Source: Chitinophagales bacterium
GTDB taxonomy: Bacteria; Bacteroidota; Bacteroidia; Chitinophagales; Chitinophagaceae
NCBI GenBank assembly: GCA_015654695.1
Contig: JAATGJ010000156.1
Location: 1 to 64,000 of the forward strand
Reading direction: 5' to 3'
DNA length: 64,000 nt
Part shown: piece by piece, positions 61,140-64,000 of the stretch
Numbering within the stretch: the first letter of the stretch is position 1
How the letters are laid out: each line of letters opens with the position of its first letter
Notes under the pieces: generated by a model
Seen by the model: the letters and a program-made list of their open reading frames with translations, nothing else
The model's database searches: none
What the model was told of the DNA's origin: nothing
Program-made: the position numbers and the translations under genes

Positions 61140-62573
61140 TTATAAATTTTTTATCTCCCCAATCAAATCCTGCAACACTTTTTTCGCATCACCAAACAAC
61201 ATGGATGTTTTAGGCCGGAAGAAAAGATCGTTGTCTATACCCGCATATCCCGGTTTCATGCTTCGTTTGTTAACGATAACGGATTTGGCAAGTTCAACAT
61301 CCAATATCGGCATACCATATATTGGCGAAGAAGTATCTGTTTTAGCAGCAGGGTTCACCACATCATTGGCGCCAAGTATCAATACCACATCAGTGGAAGG
61401 AAATTCTTCATTAGCCTGTTCCATTTCCAGCAGCTTTTCATAGCTCACATCGGCTTCTGCCAGCAATACATTCATGTGGCCCGGCATACGTCCCGCTACG
61501 GGATGAATGGCATATTTCACTTCCACGCCTTTGGCTTCCAGTAATTTTTCCAGGTCATGGCAAGCATGTTGCGCCTGCGCTACTGCTAATCCATATCCCG
61601 GTACGATCATTACTTTATGCGCATAGCTCATGACCACGGCTGCATCGCTCAATGATATTTCCTTATAGCTGCCCTCGCTGGTTACAGTAGTAGCGCCACC
61701 TGTTGGTTTTGCACCGAATGAACCGATTAATACATTGGCTAATGAACGATTCATGGCTTTACACATCAATATAGTCAGCAATGTACCTGCTGCGCCAACA
61801 AGAATACCACCTGTCAGCATTACTTTATTGTCATACAAAAATCCACCACAGGCCGCAGCTACACCGGTAAAGGAATTTAATAGCGAAATGACTACAGGCA
61901 TGTCAGCGCCACCAATGGGGAAAACAAAGAATACTCCGTATAATAAGGACAAAAAGAAAATTGTATAAAAAACAATGCTGCTGTTTTCAGGAATCCATCC
62001 TATTAAATAAGTTGCCAATCCAAGTATAACCAGCAATAGAACAATATTAAATATATGCTGTCCTTTAAAAGAAAAGTCTTTCACTTTGCCATTTAGTTTA
62101 CCCCATGCGATCATGCTCCCTGCAAATGAGACAGAGCCAATAATTAAACCTACTATAATTATCAGTAAAATTCCTTTAGCTCCATCAGGAATATAAGTTT
62201 GATGAAAGCCGGGAACTACATTATGAGCAATATGATTAAACTCAACAATAGAGATCAGCGCCGCACAAGCCCCGCCCATTCCATTGAACATACTCACCAT
62301 CTCCGGCATAGCCGTCATCTTTACTTTCTTTGCAGCCAATGTTCCGATGACAGTCCCGATAGCAATAGCACCGAATATCCAACCATAATTATGCAGCTTA
62401 TTGCCTGCATCATCAGTATATAAAAAGATAGTCCCGAGAATAGCAATCACCATCCCACCTGCTGCGATAAGGTTTCCTTTTCTCGCCGTCGCCGGATTAG
62501 ACAGCATCTTCAGCCCGAGAATAAAAGTGACTGACCCGATAAGATAACAAAGTGTAAGTATGTTAAGTTCCAT
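61140..62573 (-). CDS. pntB: NAD(P) transhydrogenase subunit beta
   Basis: 477 aa. N-terminal TM bundle plus the C-terminal NADP(H)-binding dIII domain. Confidence 0.95.
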   Translation of the reverse strand: MELNILTLCYLIGSVTFILGLKMLSNPATARKGNLIAAGGMVIAILGTIFLYTDDAGNKLHNYGWIFGAIAIGTVIGTLAAKKVKMTAMPEMVSMFNGMGGACAALISIVEFNHIAHNVVPGFHQTYIPDGAKGILLIIIVGLIIGSVSFAGSMIAWGKLNGKVKDFSFKGQHIFNIVLLLVILGLATYLIGWIPENSSIVFYTIFFLSLLYGVFFVFPIGGADMPVVISLLNSFTGVAAACGGFLYDNKVMLTGGILVGAAGTLLTILMCKAMNRSLANVLIGSFGAKPTGGATTVTSEGSYKEISLSDAAVVMSYAHKVMIVPGYGLAVAQAQHACHDLEKLLEAKGVEVKYAIHPVAGRMPGHMNVLLAEADVSYEKLLEMEQANEEFPSTDVVLILGANDVVNPAAKTDTSSPIYGMPILDVELAKSVIVNKRSMKPGYAGIDNDLFFRPKTSMLFGDAKKVLQDLIGEIKNL

Positions 62574-62622
62574 AGTATAAATTCGAATATTTAAAATCGA
62601 AATCCGAAAGGGACAAGACTCC

Positions 62623-63015
62623 TTATTGTTTCGACTTCATTTTTAATTCATCTTTTAAAATGAGTTTTTTTAAAATAGCACCGAAAATGTTTTCTAACTC
62701 AAACGCTTCCTGAATCAGTTCCTGTCTCTCTTTTTCAAGTACAGTATTACCATTAATAAGAACATGTTTTAGCCAAAGTTTGCATTCCTTTGATTCCTTT
62801 CTGCAAACTTTGATCCTGTACTTTAAATCGCCATCCCCGAGATTTTCATTTGCTTCAATGTAATTTGCTGCTACTGACCCGGCTGCTCTCACTAATTGCC
62901 TGATGTATTCACTATTAATTACATCCTTTTTAAGATTCAGACAAAGATCTCTGACCCGTAAAGAAAATTTTTCTGTTCGTTCAAGCAAGTCATATATTTT
63001 CTTTTGCTCTTCCAT
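62623..63015 (-). CDS. four-helix-bundle protein (23S rRNA intervening-sequence protein family)
   Basis: 130 aa. The AAGSVAANYIEANE...GDGDLKYRIKVCRKESKECKLWL pattern is typical of the TIGR02436-like family. Confidence 0.8.
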   Translation of the reverse strand: MEEQKKIYDLLERTEKFSLRVRDLCLNLKKDVINSEYIRQLVRAAGSVAANYIEANENLGDGDLKYRIKVCRKESKECKLWLKHVLINGNTVLEKERQELIQEAFELENIFGAILKKLILKDELKMKSKQ

Positions 63016-63056
63016 TCGAATTTCGAATTGGGGCTTCTTTTCGTATTTCGATCTTT

Positions 63057-63374
63057 TTATTTCGGGCTTTTCTTCTTCTTAAACATCTCCAGCATCCTGT
63101 CCGTCACTACAAACCCACCCACTACGTTCAATGTCCCCAGCACCACTGCTAAAAATCCAAGAATCAATGCCAGGTAATTATCATGTTCCGCCTTACCCAT
63201 TACAATGATCGCCCCGATAATCACTACGCCATGAATAGCGTTAGCTCCGCTCATCAGTGGCGTATGTAAAACACTCGGTACATGGCCTATTACTTCTATA
63301 CCCACAAAGATCATCAGGATGACGATGTAGATGATCTGCTGATTAGCGGTTATCCAGTTCAAGAATGATCCCAT
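63057..63374 (-). CDS. pntA: NAD(P) transhydrogenase subunit alpha part 2 (membrane)
   Basis: 105 aa with three TM helices, typical of PntAB in split-alpha transhydrogenases. Confidence 0.85.
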   Translation of the reverse strand: MGSFLNWITANQQIIYIVILMIFVGIEVIGHVPSVLHTPLMSGANAIHGVVIIGAIIVMGKAEHDNYLALILGFLAVVLGTLNVVGGFVVTDRMLEMFKKKKSPK

Positions 63375-63390
63375 ACAATTTTTTTATTAT

Positions 63391-64000
63391 TTAAGGCAAA
63401 GCCAATGGCTTTACTCTTTCATGCATTACTTCTCCCCCATGCGTTATACAACTTCCTTTTACCAGGTCATCTTCCCAGTTCAGGTTGATCTGTCCTTCCT
63501 TGTTTATGATCAGTTGCAAAAAGTTGAGTACATTCTTTCCATACAGCTTACTGGCATCCGATGGCATAGTAGCCGGTAAATTAGAATTGCCCACAATACT
63601 CACTCCATTATATACTACCGTTTCATTGTTTTTGGTGAAAGGTGTATTGCCCCCGGTTGCCGCTGCAATATCAATGATCACAGAGCCATTGCGCATGCCC
63701 CTGATCATTTCTTCAGTCATTAATACCGGCGCTTTCTTACCGGGTATCTGTGCGGTAGTAATGACGATATCCGCTTTCGCTATACTTGCGGATATTCTTT
63801 GCTGCTGCTTTTGTTTATACTCTTCTGTTTGTTCTACTGCATATCCACCGGCTTTACTGGCATCCGCAGCGCCTTCTACTTCTACGAACTTAGCGCCAAG
63901 GCTCATTACTTCTTCCTTCACGGCAGGGCGTGTATCAAATACTTCCACCACCGCACCTAATCTCCTGGCCGTAGCAATAGATTGCAAACCCGCAACCCCG
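63391..64000 (-). CDS. pntA: NAD(P) transhydrogenase subunit alpha part 1 (C-terminal portion; gene runs off the window end)
   Basis: dI domain motifs including the NAD-binding region. The ORF is open to the window edge. Confidence 0.85.
   Translation of the reverse strand, partial: GVAGLQSIATARRLGAVVEVFDTRPAVKEEVMSLGAKFVEVEGAADASKAGGYAVEQTEEYKQKQQQRISASIAKADIVITTAQIPGKKAPVLMTEEMIRGMRNGSVIIDIAAATGGNTPFTKNNETVVYNGVSIVGNSNLPATMPSDASKLYGKNVLNFLQLIINKEGQINLNWEDDLVKGSCITHGGEVMHERVKPLALP

Noticed and set aside
60865-61443. 192-aa plus-strand ORF spanning the M28 and pntB junction
   Set aside because: It overlaps two strong minus-strand genes and is Cys/Ser-rich junk.

Overview
This is a 64 kb bacterial chromosomal window from a gene-dense genome that looks like Bacteroidota of the Chitinophagaceae type. 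The evidence is Sec and lipoprotein-type signal peptides, a 7TMR-DISM sensor kinase, a ftsK-lolA pair, large PIG-L fusion proteins and no Shine-Dalgarno usage. Bulk GC is around 45%, with a few clearly AT-richer islets. About 55 protein genes are supported, most of them housekeeping. Named calls include ggt, kdsA, ftsK, lolA, aroK, pyrF, kynU, apbC, hbd, ribD, prmC, exbBD, pepT, fmt, rsmF and pntAB. Neither tRNA nor rRNA genes are present, nor is any CRISPR array found.

The strongest hunting result is an AT-rich 3.2 kb islet at about 48.5-51.7 kb. It splits a conserved circularly-permuted ATP-grasp / alpha-E / transglutaminase / DUF2126 / zinc-peptidase cluster. It carries a 310-aa protein with a HEPN-like Rx4H motif and a 443-aa secreted protein. 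Immediately upstream sits an ordered array of four GTTCC-N3-GGAAC hairpins, spaced about 50 bp apart, showing compensatory stem changes and an enclosing long-range stem. This is a candidate structured RNA or type III-like RNA antitoxin in front of a putative RNase.

Other items are:
- a PIN-like nuclease with an 8-nt overlapping small partner gene in an AT-rich islet;
- a short GC-rich hairpin repeat present both intergenically and in-frame inside ribD;
- two paralogous single-domain retropepsin-like proteins;
- two tiny membrane ORFs translationally coupled to a sodium:solute symporter;
- a four-helix-bundle gene wedged into the pntAB operon, with TTCGAA-palindromic flanks.

Coordinates of hand-mapped non-ORF features may be off by 1-2 nt. 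The ORF track uses TTG, CTG and GTG starts in places, so several genes were re-started at internal ATGs.
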